From: Utricularia gibba
Lineage: Eukaryota > Plantae > Magnoliophyta
Direction of reading: 5' to 3'
Length of the DNA stretch: 64,000 nucleotides
Assembly: GCA_002189035.1 (NCBI GenBank)
Contig: CM007991.1
Coordinates: 4,898,001 to 4,962,000, forward strand
Below the pieces are notes generated by a model that was not told the DNA's origin, searched no databases, and was given only the letters and a program-made list of their open reading frames with translations. Below, one piece after another: positions 1-12,859 of this stretch. Each line of letters starts with the position of its first letter. Position 1 is the stretch's first letter. The position numbers and the translations under genes are program-made.

Positions 1-1
1 A

Positions 2-2103
2 ACCCTAAGCACCGACACCCAGCAAGCGCTTAAGGCCCTCGATTCCCGCGAGTCCTCCATTTCTAAATCCATGTCTATCACTTTTCAGAAGTTGGATGAC
101 AACGCCAAAATGTCCATGGCTTCCGCCCTTCTTCCTGCTTTTGCGCACACGGACGACCCTGAAGTTGATGACTCCCAAGGTTTGTTGCTGAAACTTCAAA
201 GCTTTTGCCGCAGGATGGCCGCCAAAGAGCTCTGGATCTTCGTTACCTCTCGGAAGAAGGAATTTGAATCTTTGAGATTGGAACTGCCAAAAGCTCTAGC
301 CGACTGTGTTGATCCCCCAAAATTTGTCCTAGAAGCTATATCCGAGGTTTTCCCGTTTGCCCCTCCCAACAACACTACTAATTGCTCGGATCTGGGATGG
401 GCGTGCGTGTTGTTTCTTGAGTCACTCATTCCGGTAATGATGGATCCAGTATTGGGGAAGGAGAGGATGTTGGTCACTCCCTTCATTAAGTTGAAGGCGG
501 AGGAGATAGCTGAGGCGTGGAAGCAGAGCTTGGAGGACAGGGGAGGAGTTGAGAATATCAAGACCCCAGATGTGCATTCTTTCTTGCAGCATTTGGTTAC
601 TTTTGACATCGTCAAGCGCGAGGATTTGAATTTGTATAGGAAGCTTGTGGTAGCTTCTGCTTGGAGGAGGCAGATGCCCAAGCTTGCGCTTTCACTGGGC
701 CTGAGGGATAAGATGCCTGGTATTCTAGTTCTTGGCTAGTTGTTATTTTTCATAGGATTGCTAACGTCGCTGTGTCTTTCTCACACTAAACTTTGGGGGT
801 TCGATGTGGAAATACTGCATCCTACTTTGATCTCCATGACATTTGTATCTCTCTTGCAGCTGATGGTTGATGATCACTGATGTTTCGTTTTTTTATCATA
901 GAATATGACGTTACTTCCCTAGCTAATCCTTCACTACAGCACTTGTTGTAAAATTGGTCTTCAATAGCATCTTATTCCACCTAGAAGTCTGGCTCTGCGT
1001 AGCGCTTCTTTCAGAGCGTGCTATCGTCTTATTTGTTCAGGGATGTTATGTGCACTTTAAAAATATTTATTCGTGGTTCCTTTGTCTCACATGCTATATT
1101 TCTCATAATGTCACACGCGAATTTCACTCTGTGACGTATTAGACATTTAATTTTTTTATTGTTCCCTCATTTTTTTCTTTTACTGATCTTAATTACTCAC
1201 TGAACAGATATGATTGAAGAGCTGATTGGAAAGGGGCAACAGCTGGATGCTGTGCATTTTGCACATGAAGTTGGCCTTGCTGATAAATTCCCTCCGGTTC
1301 CTTTGCTGAAAGCTTTCTTGAAGGATTCAAGAAACGCTTCTGCATTCATACTAGCAGATCCAAACAATTCAGGCCGTGCCTTGGTGAGCTTCTTGCATTT
1401 GATATATGAATGTTTTCTTTGAAGCTCGCTTGGTGCCCTCTTCCAAATAGTTTGAATGTTCAGTATGACGCCTTTCCTTTTTCTAGTTTAGATTTTCTTC
1501 CTTTCTGGAAATTGGATTCCTCACGTCACTACCACCCTGATTTCAAATAAATACCTGTTTACTTGTAATACTCATGTGCCTGAGATCAAATTGGTTGTGT
1601 TGTTGACGCCTTAGCAACATTTTGTGTATTTTGCAGCACATGGCTGCAAAAAAAGAGCTATCAGGTATTCGTGCTGTGCTCAAATGCATTGAAGAATACA
1701 GGCTGGAGGCAGAATTCCCGCCTGAAAGTCTCAAGAAACGCCTTGAGCAACTGGAGAAAGGGAAAACAGAGAAGAGAAATCCTTCCAGCCCAACAGCTAA
1801 AAGAACTCGCGGCAGCGGTGGACCGATGCCCCGGCCAAGGCAGGCCGCTCAACAAATGCTTATGTTTCATCCTTCCCATCACCACCTCCGTATATTCGGT
1901 CTCCTTCCCACGCCCAATACTCTGTTTCGCCGGCATATCCCGCACCCCCGGCAATGTATGGTCATGGAGGCAGGAGCCCGCCATATGCCTATTCACACGA
2001 GACTGCTCCCCCGCACCAGGCCCTGGTGGGATCCTACCCCATCTCGCCTTTGAATTTAACTGCCTATGGAGTGGCAACTGCATTTCAGCAAGCTTACTAC
2101 TGA
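2..2103 (+). CDS. FRL4: FRIGIDA-like protein 4 (FRL4a/b type), 5'-partial; exons <2-719, 1208-1383, 1637-2103; apparent 1-nt deletion at 1829-1832
   Basis: The frame is open from base 2 (TLSTDTQQALKALDSRESSISKSM...), so the true start lies upstream of the window. It has Frigida-family motifs (CVDPPKFVLEAISEVFP, WACVLFLESL, MIEELI..GQQLDAVHF, ELSGIRAVLKCIEEY). GT-AG introns 720-1207 and 1384-1636 keep the frame. The conserved tail (PPAKAGR...AFQQAYY*, TGA 2101-2103) is out of frame after the C4 run. Confidence 0.92.
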
Positions 2104-2687
2104 ACTACGTGACTGATCTCTGGGAAAAGTTGACAACTACATTGGTATGCGACACAACGAAAGTTCCACTCTACTGCTTTGCCATAACTAACGGTAGCTT
2201 TACGGTTGTGTTGAATGTTAATTAGTGACAAAAGCAGGCTGTAATTCTGGTTGTTGAATGTTGTCGTACTTTGTACTGGGTGGTTTCCCCAAGTTGTTCA
2301 ATCCTTGTTATCATCTAAAGCCTGGAGAAGCACATTGTTGGTGACGCAGTAGGCAATCCGGGACGAGCATTCCCATGTCTCCAGTAACCTGCGCATGTGT
2401 GTTCTGACGGTTTAGGCGTTAGTCATGCAGAAACTCCGTCTTTTTTGTGCCGGAGGTGGCATCGGTTCCTAATTCTCAAGGAATTAGTGGGTCTTGTGTT
2501 AGATTAGTTGTATCCTGAATTTGGGGCATAGATTCCGGTTCAATGGATGGTCCCCAAGGAATTCTGGGGGCAGCCAGCGGATTTTCTGAGCGAGCAACTT
2601 CTGTTCGGCTGCGTTGTGTGTGTCCAGAAACCTAGGATTATTCAGTCACCGAATTTCGACCATCCATCCTGTTTAGCAGCAGCTCCT

Positions 2688-2717
2688 AAACCCAAAACCC
2701 AACCCCAACCCCAACCC
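2688..2717 (+). repeat. Short degenerate (AAACCC/AACCCC)n hexamer repeat
   Basis: aaacccaaaacccaaccccaaccccaaccc lies between the convergent FRL4 and FdC1 3' ends. Confidence 0.6.
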
Positions 2718-2897
2718 TCTCACTCTAACTGATAGTATTAGTATTAGTTGCGGAGTGATATTATGTACCAGAAATCAGACCGAATAGAATGATTTCAGTC
2801 CAGTACATGCCCAAGAGTATGCTCATATCCCGATTAATTAGAAACTTGTTCTCGAACAACACACACAGAGAAGGAAGTAACAGAAAAATGATTGATT

Positions 2898-3329
2898 TCA
2901 GTCATTGGCGGTGGCGAGCTGGAGAGACAGCAATTCCTCCTCAGGTATGATCTTGATGTGACAATCCGATCTGGGGTAGGAGGCACACAACAGAGCGTAA
3001 CCCCGCTGCACTACGTCGTCGCTGAGCATCCCCTCGCTCTGGTCGACTTGGCCAGAGACCAGCCTCGCCGGACATGTCATGCACACCCCCAGCTTGCAGT
3101 CGTACGGCACTTCCAACCCACTGTCCAGAGCCTTGTAGAGGATGGTTTCATCAGGCTCCACCTCAAGTTCCGTCTTCTTGTTGCCGTGTTCGATGACTAC
3201 TTTGAATGCACCGCCACTCACCGCAGTGGAACGAGCCCTGAATGCTCCGGAAAGACGCGGTTGCGTTTCCACGACGCGCAGCGGCAGCGCCAAGGACGAT
3301 GAGAAGAAAAGTCCGGGCAGAGATGCCAT
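2898..3329 (-). CDS. FdC1: Chloroplast 2Fe-2S ferredoxin C1 (C-terminally extended ferredoxin), intronless, 143 aa
   Basis: Ser/Ala-rich transit peptide from MASLPGLFF (ATG at 3329). 2Fe-2S motif CKLGVCMTC...LLC. C-terminus EEELLSLQLATAND matches what I recall for Arabidopsis At4g14890. The ORF-track start at 3410 is probably 5'UTR read-through. Confidence 0.93.
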   Translation of the reverse strand: MASLPGLFFSSSLALPLRVVETQPRLSGAFRARSTAVSGGAFKVVIEHGNKKTELEVEPDETILYKALDSGLEVPYDCKLGVCMTCPARLVSGQVDQSEGMLSDDVVQRGYALLCASYPRSDCHIKIIPEEELLSLQLATAND

Positions 3330-4993
3330 CTTTTTCAACGGTGAGGGAGCGTTGAGGGAGGATAAGGGTAGTCCTGAGGGGATACAAGACATTCTAAATT
3401 TCAATCTCAAAACTCATGGTAAATACAAAATATAATACAACTTTTCACATTAAATATATGATTGTTTAATACTCGTTCATAAAAAAATAAATAAAATATA
3501 AAAATAAAAAATATCTTATCATTCACTAAATGATAAAAACCGATAATTAATTTTTTTAATCGTTACAAAACATACTTTTTTCATAATTATTTATAACTAT
3601 TTTAATTTAATTTATATCTCTTTTTTTTCTAAAATTATATTGCTTTTACATCTTTATATTGATTGGATATTCTTTAATTTAAAAATAATTCAATACACAA
3701 TATTTTATGAGTTTGAAATATACTAATGAAGGCTTGAATTTCCAGTGGCATAAACTGTAAAGATTTAATTTAAGAAACTCATTCAACTAAAAAAAATAGG
3801 AAAGCATACTAGAATTTTAGAAGATTTAAAGATAAATATTTGATTCAAACCTATTAAAGAAATCCAATATGAAGATTTGAATCTTTTTCCTTTAAAAAAC
3901 TCTATTACTCAACCATTGTAATGTTATTGACCAATTTTTTGTTTTTGTTTTTTCATTTTCATGTTTTTTTATGTTTTAGAATCAAATATATGTATTTAAG
4001 TTTTATATAATTAAGATTTGTAGTAAAACAATGGTTATACAAAATTTTGCATGTGTTGACGTTTAATTATATTATTTGATAATTGATTTTGTATCAATTA
4101 TATTTATATTTTTTAGGATTCATTTGGGTTAGTTTTATATCTTTTTTATCTCAATTTTCTATATTTTTAGATTAATTTTAAATCTTACATGTCACTGTGA
4201 TCTTTTTAAAAGTGATTACACACGTTTTTTTTATATTTTATAATATAAAATTATTGTGTTTTACTGTGGTTTAGGTTAGTTTTGAAAGGTTTTTCATGAT
4301 TTATTTGTTGTTTACATTAATTTTGTGTTTATATTGAAAAGTGGACTAAATACTTTGAGAGGTTTAAAAGTGATGGCACATGTTTTCTTTGTATTTTATA
4401 ATAATATTTGTATTGGGGACTATTTTTGTTAAAAACTAAAACATTGAAAACTTGATGCTAAATTGATTTGGAGACCAAATATGCAAAGTATTTAAATAGT
4501 GGGGACTATTTATATCTAAGTTATAAATAGTGGGGATTGATTACAACAATTGATGAAACATTAGGGACCAAAATAATGTATAATTTTTAGGATCTATTGT
4601 GCCAAGTTTACTAAACTTACAATTTCATCTTATTTGTAATTAGGAAAAAAAAATGCTGATAGATGTATTATATTAATTTTTTTTATATTGATATAATTTT
4701 AGTAAATGTATTGATAATAATGCCACATGCAAAATAAGCATGCAACATGCATGTTTGTATGAGATTCTCACAACAAGACATATACAATTAACAATGGTGC
4801 AACCGAGTCATAACTTTGATCAAGTCTATGCATATTACGTTTATAAAATCATCAGAATACTTTCATTCACGACATGAACAAATACAACTAAAAATATTAA
4901 GTTGATAAGACATGTCACTCATTAGGCACTAATATGCATTAGCACGTGTGGCCACAATGTTCACAATTTTAGAGCATATAATTGATGAAAATC

Positions 4994-6162
4994 TGATAAA
5001 CGAAAAATTGTGCAAGTCGTTAATTGCAAATTTTCCTATCAAATAAATTTATAACCTAATCCACATTCAAGCATAAAACAATTATGAGCATAGTGATTAG
5101 GGTCGAACACGAAGAGCAGGTGCTTGCTATGTGAAAGTTGACGCACGAAACTAGTGTCACGTTGGTAAAATTGGTCTTAGCTAGGACTAAGGCAGAACTA
5201 AAACGAAATACAGTAAATAAAAATAACAAGTTCTAGAGTTCGATTGTTTCTGGAATGGAATGGGTGATGCCTTAGGACTCCTAGGGGATGTATGCTCCTC
5301 ATTAAACAAACTCACACAAACCACAAATCATACAACTAACTCACAAGATCTAGGTCTACCCGGATTCTTGTTTTTCCCCCTAATCTTTGGTTTACCTCTA
5401 ATTAGGGTTGTTAAGTTCGGTTTCACTACTTCCCCCTCCTGGATCTATCCTGATTTGTTAAGAAAGTGGCGTGACTCATGGCTGTTTAGATCTAAAGGTT
5501 GATTAACATGTTTCTCCCCTTTTTACCCCAAGGCACCCCCCTAAGTACTTAGCCACTCATGCTTAAGGTAAATGAAAGTGGAAAAGAAAACATCACCTAC
5601 AGTGTGCTCATTTCAAAGTCAAATACCAGAAAGCAAACAAACAAGTAATGTGAAGTGTCAACAAAAACTGAAAAACATCACTAGCTACTCTTAGCTAGGA
5701 GTAATGTTCTTCGAAGACAGAAAATAATCTTGAATTTCAGCTTCGTTCCTGTTTGTCTTCCTTCTTCTTCCTCCCCAGAAAACCTTCCCAGAAATTGTGT
5801 TCGTGAGTCTCCAAGGGGAGATCTGCTTCTTTCTCCACCTTTCCTCCCTTTTTGTCCAAAATCTTCCTTTCTCCCCTCCTTGGGCTTTGCGTGTACTCTT
5901 CTTCAAACTTCTGTCACCTTTACTGCCACCACACTGTTCATACTCGGCTCCTTGGGATTTATGTTGCGACCCATGCTGCATTGCTCAAAAGGAACTATTA
6001 GAAGGTTGGGACTAAATCGCAGATTTGGTCCGAACTAAGACTAAAAGTGCACTCCTACAATACTTATGTGCAAAAATATAGAAACGGGTAATTAAACTTA
6101 ATTTTTGTAGCATAAAATGAGTAAATTCCATGCACTGAGCCACTCAAAAATATGTGTTATCA
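4994..6162 (-). mobile_element. Solo LTR, Athila-like family A (copy A1, 1169 bp)
   Basis: Termini TGATAAACG...GTGTTATCA with perfect TSD AAATC (4989-4993, 6163-6167). It is the reverse-complement homologue of 29161-30327. Confidence 0.9.
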
Positions 6163-6278
6163 AAATCCCACACCTTCATTTCACATCTAGGCATATCATA
6201 TAACAAATGCATTGTTTATACTAATGAGTATTTCTAGAAGTGGAAGGTTACATCCATTTTTCAATGTAGCATGGAAAG

Positions 6279-6839
6279 TGATGACATCACGGATATCACG
6301 GATAAAGACAATGAAAATGAAGAAAAGAAGAGCATCATCCCTCCTACAATTTCATTTGAGCTAATCACTAGATCAATAATTAAGAACTTCTGAAAGGAAT
6401 ATGGGCTAATCAACAAATCAATAAAAAGTATGACATTGAGTTCAATTTATTCTAATTGGACCAAGTGGAGTAAAGTTAAGCCATTTCTTTCTAGCTCACT
6501 TCTAGTACTTTTATTTTGACTATACCCATTTCTATGCCTATATAAGAAGGGCTTTGCTCTTATTTAGAGACAATTTATGGTTGTAATGTATTTTGAGAGC
6601 AATACTTATACCTTGAGTTCTTGTAAAATTTTAGATTTATCAAACTTTTCTTGTAGTTTCTAGTGTAGTTTATCATTTTCATTTACTTCCTTGTTCTATA
6701 AATGTTACATCATTTTCATAATTTTAGTTGCAAGGATATTCATTTATTGGGGGTCAATTTCTTATTTTCTTGAAAAATTGCTTTATTTGAAACCTAAGAT
6801 CTGATTTGTCAGACACTTCTTGTTTGTTAGATCGCATCA
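6279..6839 (+). mobile_element. Solo LTR, CRM-type chromovirus (copy D1)
   Basis: TGATG...CGCATCA termini. Homologous to the LTR of the CRM element at 24178-25750 and to 52315-52806. It interrupts the MuDR ESF|HA codons. The TSD is degenerate (GAAAG/AAATG). Confidence 0.72.
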
Positions 6840-7314
6840 AAATGACTCTATGTGATTATTTAACAACATTTCAAATTTCAATTCAGCATCGAAATATGAT
6901 CTGAACCACATACTTGGGTTGATTCCATGCATAATTTGTAAGGCGGTCATTGAGTTATCCTTCAATTTTTTCATCTAGTAATTTAAATCCATCTCCAATC
7001 GTGATCTCACTCCACATCATATAGTGCTTGCAATTGACGCTATGAATGGTGTACATTGAGCAATATTTTGCATTATATGACGTACATAACGTCTAGTTTG
7101 AATTCATGGAAAAACATGTCAATGTTGAAAGAATGCCAGATCCACAATTCAACATAATGCAATACGTCTGCTGATTTTTCTCTGAAATTTCCATGTCAAA
7201 ACTCAACTTTTCTAAAAATCACATCCAATTTACTTGACTCATTTTGTAGCAGTCCATATGTTAATGTGAACACATCATTATTCATGTCGGGTGCTATAGC
7301 AAGAGGCAGTTTTC

Positions 7315-9853
7315 TGATAACACATAATTTTGAGTGTTTCAGAATAACGAAATAATTAGTATTCTACTAGAAAACTTGGATTTTATTGTGTTTTTGTGAT
7401 TAGCAGCATTGTTTGAGTATTTTATTCTTAGTTGGGACTAAATCTGGGATTTAATCTCAATCTTAGTTCTAATACTTTTCTTAAGTACTACAACATGTTT
7501 TATACAATGTGAATCCGAAGGAGCCAAATTTGAATAGTGAAATGGCAGAAGATGGGCCAAAAGCTGAAAAGAAGAACACAAAATCCAATGAGAGAAGAAA
7601 GGAAGATTTTGGGCAAACAAAAGGAGAAATGATGGATAGAGAGAATATCTCCCCATTGGAGAATACGTGAGAGACTTTGGGGGGGGGGGGATCTGGAGGA
7701 AAAACTCATAGAATGAATGAAGAAGATGAATCAGAAACGAAGCTCACTTTTGAAGACTTATTTGGCTATGAAGGACATTATTCATAGCTTACAATATTTT
7801 TAGCTTTCTCGCACAACTATTTATGATTCGAGTTTCTGCTTATTTTGTTGTTTCTTTTCTTGCTGTCATGTGTTGGAATGAAGATGGTTTTCTTGTTATG
7901 CAATGAAAGTGTTTTCGTTTCCCTTAGTATGAGTGGCTTGGAACTTAGAGATGCCTTAGGACAATGCGGGATGAGCATGCTTATTGTTTACTAGATCACA
8001 TTATCACTTAATCACTCTACTTATTGTTTAACAAATCAAGATAGATCCAGGAAAGAGAGGTAGTGGTTTTCATCATAAACAGCCTTAGTTAGAGGTAGAT
8101 AAAAAATTATAGAAAAACAAGGATTTGGGTAGACTTGAGACTTTGCTTGATAGGTGAATGATTTTATATTTGAGTGAGATAATTGTAGTGATCACCATGT
8201 TACCCCTTAGTGTCTCAAGACATCATTTTCTTTTATTTTAGATAAAGATCTGTTTTTACCCATTTACTATCTTTCTGCACATTATCATCAAACTGCTTTA
8301 ATCTTAGTTTAGACTAAATCTCTTAACCGTGAAAAAATCTGAATGCATTAACTTTCATATAGTGATAGCATACAAATTTTCATGTTTTAGGATATGATAA
8401 TTATAGCTTTTTAATTATGATTTCGTTGTTTATTTTATAGTTTTAAGTATTTTTATATAACTTAGGAAATATATGATTTTTGTGTATTAGTGAACTAAAT
8501 CCTATGATTTAGCCAATCTCATGTTCTAACCCAATTGCAAGTTCAACAGCAAGTCTCAAAATCATGGAAAGACACAAAGATTTCGTGCAAATCACCATGT
8601 AGCAGGAGAAGAAGGCAATGAGTGCACTTCCATCACAGCAGTCTACAAGTCAGGAGCATGAGTAGTAGTGGTGCTAGAGATTGTACTTGCTTTGGAAAGT
8701 GAGAGAGAAAAAAATTTGGAGGAGAGAGAATCACAAGAAAATGAGGAAGCTTCACCAACAGCACACACATGGAAAGGGGGCTACTTCAACATGACGAACA
8801 ATGAACTAGAGGGAAGAACAAGGGCGATTTTCTGGAGAAGAACCTCTAACATGAAGAACGAACATCAAGACCTAGTCCAATGCTACTATTCCGGACTGTG
8901 AAAGCAATAGACGGAAATCAGAACCATTTCTGCTTTACTTTAATTTGTTGAATGTTTTTAGATTCTATGACCACCTCTTTCACGATGTCTTTTACATTTT
9001 CGTTGCTTTATATTAATGTTATCATGTTTTACCTTCCATACATAAGTAGCTAAGCCTTAAGAGGTTCCTTAAGGAGTAGAATGGTGATATGGGGGCCAGA
9101 GTTTATAATATGATTTGTCACTGTTTCTTAGCATTTTTTTTTATCATTCTATGGATAGACCTAAGTGGAGAAACAATTAGCTTTGCAATTCAGATACTTG
9201 ATTTAGAGGTAGACCAACAAATCAAGGCGAGGACAATAGGCATACTTTGCAATTAGGTAGACCTAATTGCATAGTTGGTGATGATATTCGGGGATTATTT
9301 TAACTGAAAATATGATGAATGACTTGGGCAGACCTAAGTTATATGCTGTTGTGAGTATAGAAACTTTGTAGATTAAATTAAAGACCTTAGTACCACATCA
9401 TTTGCATACCTTTAATGCATCTTAGTATTACATTGTACTAGAACCAATATCTGTTATTTCCAGCATAGAGATTTGAACTTGTTCATTGAACTTGCTTACT
9501 ACTATTAGTTTGAGCTTAGACTAAGAGTCATTGTTATTCTGAAATCTGCATCGGCTGAAACACTTAGTAAGCATAAGCTCCTTGTGATTGACTCCGAATT
9601 CCACTTTATATTTTGTGTTTAATTTGTATTTTATGAAGATTAGGGATTATAAATTTATTTAATACGAAGATTTCTATTTTTACAATGACATTAGGAAATT
9701 TTCGTTTCTTACCTAGCAAGTACCTACCTCCTTGTGTTCGACCCTAGTCCACTATGCTCATATTTTTCATACGATTGGTTATGAATTATGTTATAAATTT
9801 TTTTATAGGAAAATTTGCATATTCATGACGTGTGCTAAATTTTTTGTTTATCA
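7315..9853 (+). mobile_element. Solo LTR family A (copy A2) with a nested family-B LTR
   Basis: TGATAACAC...GTTTATCA with perfect TSD TTTTC (7310-7314, 9854-9858). Contains a G12 run at 7679-7690. Confidence 0.87.
8363..9711 (+). mobile_element. Solo LTR, Athila-like family B (copy B1), nested in A2
   Basis: The start tgatagcatacaaattttcatgttttagga matches the reverse complement of the 22910 end. The end aaattttcgtttctta is a decayed ...CGTTTATCA. TSD only 3/5 (TATAG/CCTAG). Confidence 0.7.
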
Positions 9854-10717
9854 TTTTCCCTTCATTGTTATCACATGTGTGTCATCGATACAAAGAAAAT
9901 GATGACAATCTTGTTGGAATCATTCTTTGATTGCCTATAATATGTGCATCCAAATATTAGCATTTTCTGAATAATCTAAGTACAACACAATTTTCAATTT
10001 CACATCTTTGGATAGATATATGCACATCTTAAGCAATTATCACCTTCCACAGCAATATCGATAGTGCTTCCCATATTAAGGTGCAATATATTCACAAGCA
10101 AACCTTCTAATATTAGAGAAATCAGAAGTGACAAGCTACTCAACAACTCAAGATGCTTGCTGACATGCATGTCGCACTTTGTATATTGAGATCCTTATAC
10201 TCAATTCATTTTCGATATCACCTTTCAAATCTAAGATCTTTTTATTTGGTGACTTGGTCAATTGTCACTTGTATTTGTTTGCTAAAAATGAAACCTAGTT
10301 TGTTGTTTGCTTTCAATATAGCCTAGTAAATATGGTATAACATTCTTTACTAGCTAGACATCATAGCTTTTTGTGTATCTCATCCACAACCAATTATTAT
10401 CATTTTTAAAAAATTTGAAACAAAATCATTGTTGATCGCATACTCGATCATTGCCTGCTTAACTTGTAATTTGCTAATATATTATACCTTTCTGATAAAA
10501 TTAAAAAATGATTAGTAGATAATTAATATAATAAATTTATAAAACATAAATAAATTTGTGCTAATTCGTGTCTTATACACATCAAGATCTTGTTTTAAAA
10601 TCCTATTGACTTTGCATCACCATCTTAACAAACAAAAGAACTCTCCTTATTCTATGAATTAACATTGGATTCTCCTTCATCAATTATAGAATTTTCATCC
10701 ATGCATGTGATAAAATT

Positions 10718-11911
10718 TGATGGTAATTTTGCAAGTGCACAAAAACCGTCGAATTAATAAAATAAGATCGTATCTACAGAGAATTGTTATTGGAATTTTC
10801 TTTTCAAAACAAAGAGTTAAAAAGATTTGAAACAAAAGAAAGATTTGGTTTTGAAAACAATACGAAAAGTGGCCTTGGATCTAAGATCCACTTTACTTGA
10901 AATTCGCCCTTACGTGTGTGCAAACCTTGAGAACTGACCTGCTTGCGCAGGTTTTGAGGGTGTTATGTTAAAATAGTGCTACTCGGTGACCGTTATAGCA
11001 CCGTCCCTTGTTTTGTGGGATTATGGAATCAACCACGCCACTAGAGCCATTTCACCTCTTATGATAACCCATGTTTACCCCACACCCAAATCTAACCCCT
11101 ACACCTCACACCTCGCAGACAGATTAGACAGAATGTGTCTTAACAACGATGTCCGATTGAGCCCTTCTCCTTAGGTGCTTGAGGCAGACCTTTGATTCTC
11201 CCACACTCCCTTAGGGTTATATGGTACTAAAGATCACGTTGGTAAAGAAAACGTTGCGAAAAACAGAATCAAACCTCAAATTAAATGCTAAAAAATATAG
11301 TAAGTCAGTCACACACGCAGGACTTGCGCAAGCAAGGCATCACAATAGATCCTCAGTCGCAAGCGCTCATACGTGCATGCTCGAATCTAAACAACAAAAT
11401 TTGATGAAAAACGAAAGGGAAGACATCCAAAACATGCTAGATTCGACTCTAAACCCTAAATTGACTCTCTGGTCGTCCACCCCTTGACCCTCTCTTTTGA
11501 TCTTCGCGTTTGGATCTTTATATAATGGTGGGGACTTGTCGGGTTTTCTTGATGGGCTCACATGAAATCTTCTATCCGGATCTTCTAAGATTTGATACAA
11601 ATCTTTTAAGATAAGATCCAAATTTTCCAAGATAAGATGAGAGTCTTATCTTATCTTTGAATCTTTGACCGAGTCTTCGTCTAGATAGACTGAATCTTTG
11701 ACTCCATCAAAGTCAACTCGAAAATCCTCCAAATTATAACAAAATTGTCCTGAAAAATCACAAATCACACTTTTCCTCCAAAAAGATCAAAGTAGTATAA
11801 AAGATATAAAATTCTTCTAAAAACATAAGGAAAGTGGGATAAAAAGAATACAAAACCCATATAAGTGAATCCTAAAAAACATGAATATAAGTGACATAAA
11901 ATCACTTATCA
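10718..11911 (-). mobile_element. Solo LTR, Athila-like family C (copy C1, 1194 bp)
   Basis: TGATGGTAATT...CACTTATCA with perfect TSD AAATT (10713-10717, 11912-11916). Closely similar to 33906-35054. Confidence 0.88.
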
Positions 11912-12859
11912 AAATTCTTTAACAAGTAAGAATCACTACGATCTACAAAATTCAAATTTAAAAGTTAAAATTCAAGTTTGTGTATACTTAATCATGATAT
12001 TAATGATATTTTACAATTACCACTATAATTTTGATATACTTTTTATTTTTTAATAGAAAATGTGTTTAATGAGTGTTGCAAGTTGTTTCCAAGGTGTTGC
12101 AATGCATTGTAGAGTGTTGCTGACAGGTGTGTTATCAGGCTTTCCAGAGTGTTGATGTTAAATGTGTTACATATGTCATTAAATGGTGTGGCTATCATGT
12201 GAAGATATTGAGTGTTACTGAATGTTACTTTGTGGTACACTTTATTAGGATGTTACTTGATGTCATAATGTATTCTACTTTAGCAATCTATTATGATTGT
12301 ACATGGTGTGGCCGAGTGTAACTGGTAAATCCACCTCAAACATAAAAGTTGTGCAATTGATAATGATAAAAATGAAATATTTATAAAAAAATTTTGGAAA
12401 TTGATTTTTCCAAATGTGTAAATAAATGAGAACTAATTATGCCATCTATTTTAAAGAATGAGAATCATTTATGTCAAACTATTTATGTGAATGGTACTTG
12501 TAAAATTATTAAAAAAATTGTTTCAATTCATAAAATAATAGAAACCAATTTCACCATTATGTTGAAACAATATAAACTAAGTATGCTAAATTGTTTAAAT
12601 TGTGGATATAAACAATACGGGCAGTGATTTTGCAAAACCTCCAAAGTGTAAGGAGGTGTGTTGCCCAATGCCCCTTTTGAATAACATCTCAAAAGTTGTT
12701 CAAGCATATTCACATTGATGGAGTATTGATTCAAATTTACTATTTGTTATTGTGTTATATGCATTTTTATTTTATTATCTGTTTAATTCATTTGTTTTTA
12801 TAAAAAAATGTCAAAAGTTATCAATTTTTTGTTGAAATTAGTTTTATTTATTATTTTAA

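Larger units (their letters stand above)
4830..10280 (-). mobile_element. Fossil MuDR/Mutator transposase, split by three solo-LTR insertions
   Basis: Minus-strand translation across the insertions gives collinear MULE motifs: FLCIDDTHVITMKGK | (LTR 7315-9853) | LPLAIAPDMNNDVFTLTYGLLQNES; WFRSYFDAELKFEMLLNNHIESF | (LTR 6279-6839) | FHATLKNGCNLPLLEIL; and SWIM-like CICSCRE near 4850-4900. Many stops are present. Confidence 0.75.

Noticed and set aside
1-8. AACCCTAA at the window start as a telomere
   Set aside because: It is a single unit inside the open FRL4 frame, with no array.
196-3302. Antisense or alternate-frame ORFs 196-681, 1661-2083, 1671-2225 and 2892-3302
   Set aside because: These are shadows of the FRL4 and FdC1 coding sequences with no recognisable protein features.
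3330-3410. N-terminal extension of FdC1 from the ATG at 3410
   Set aside because: MASLPGLFF at 3329 is a typical transit-peptide start and gives the expected length.
3720-3900. Possible hAT dimerization remnant (FPVA*TVKI*FKKL)
   Set aside because: The similarity is too weak in very AT-rich sequence.
4410-4620. Spaced gggac/ggggac motifs resembling MULE-MITE subterminal repeats
   Set aside because: No matching TIR pair or TSD could be defined.
5260-6038. 60-100 aa ORFs in family A, B, C and Angela LTRs (also 29314-30063 and others)
   Set aside because: They lie inside non-coding LTRs, and frames and stops differ between copies.
12040-12740. gagtgttg repeats and a possible Harbinger or MuDR coding remnant
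   Set aside because: The motif matches are too degenerate to assign.
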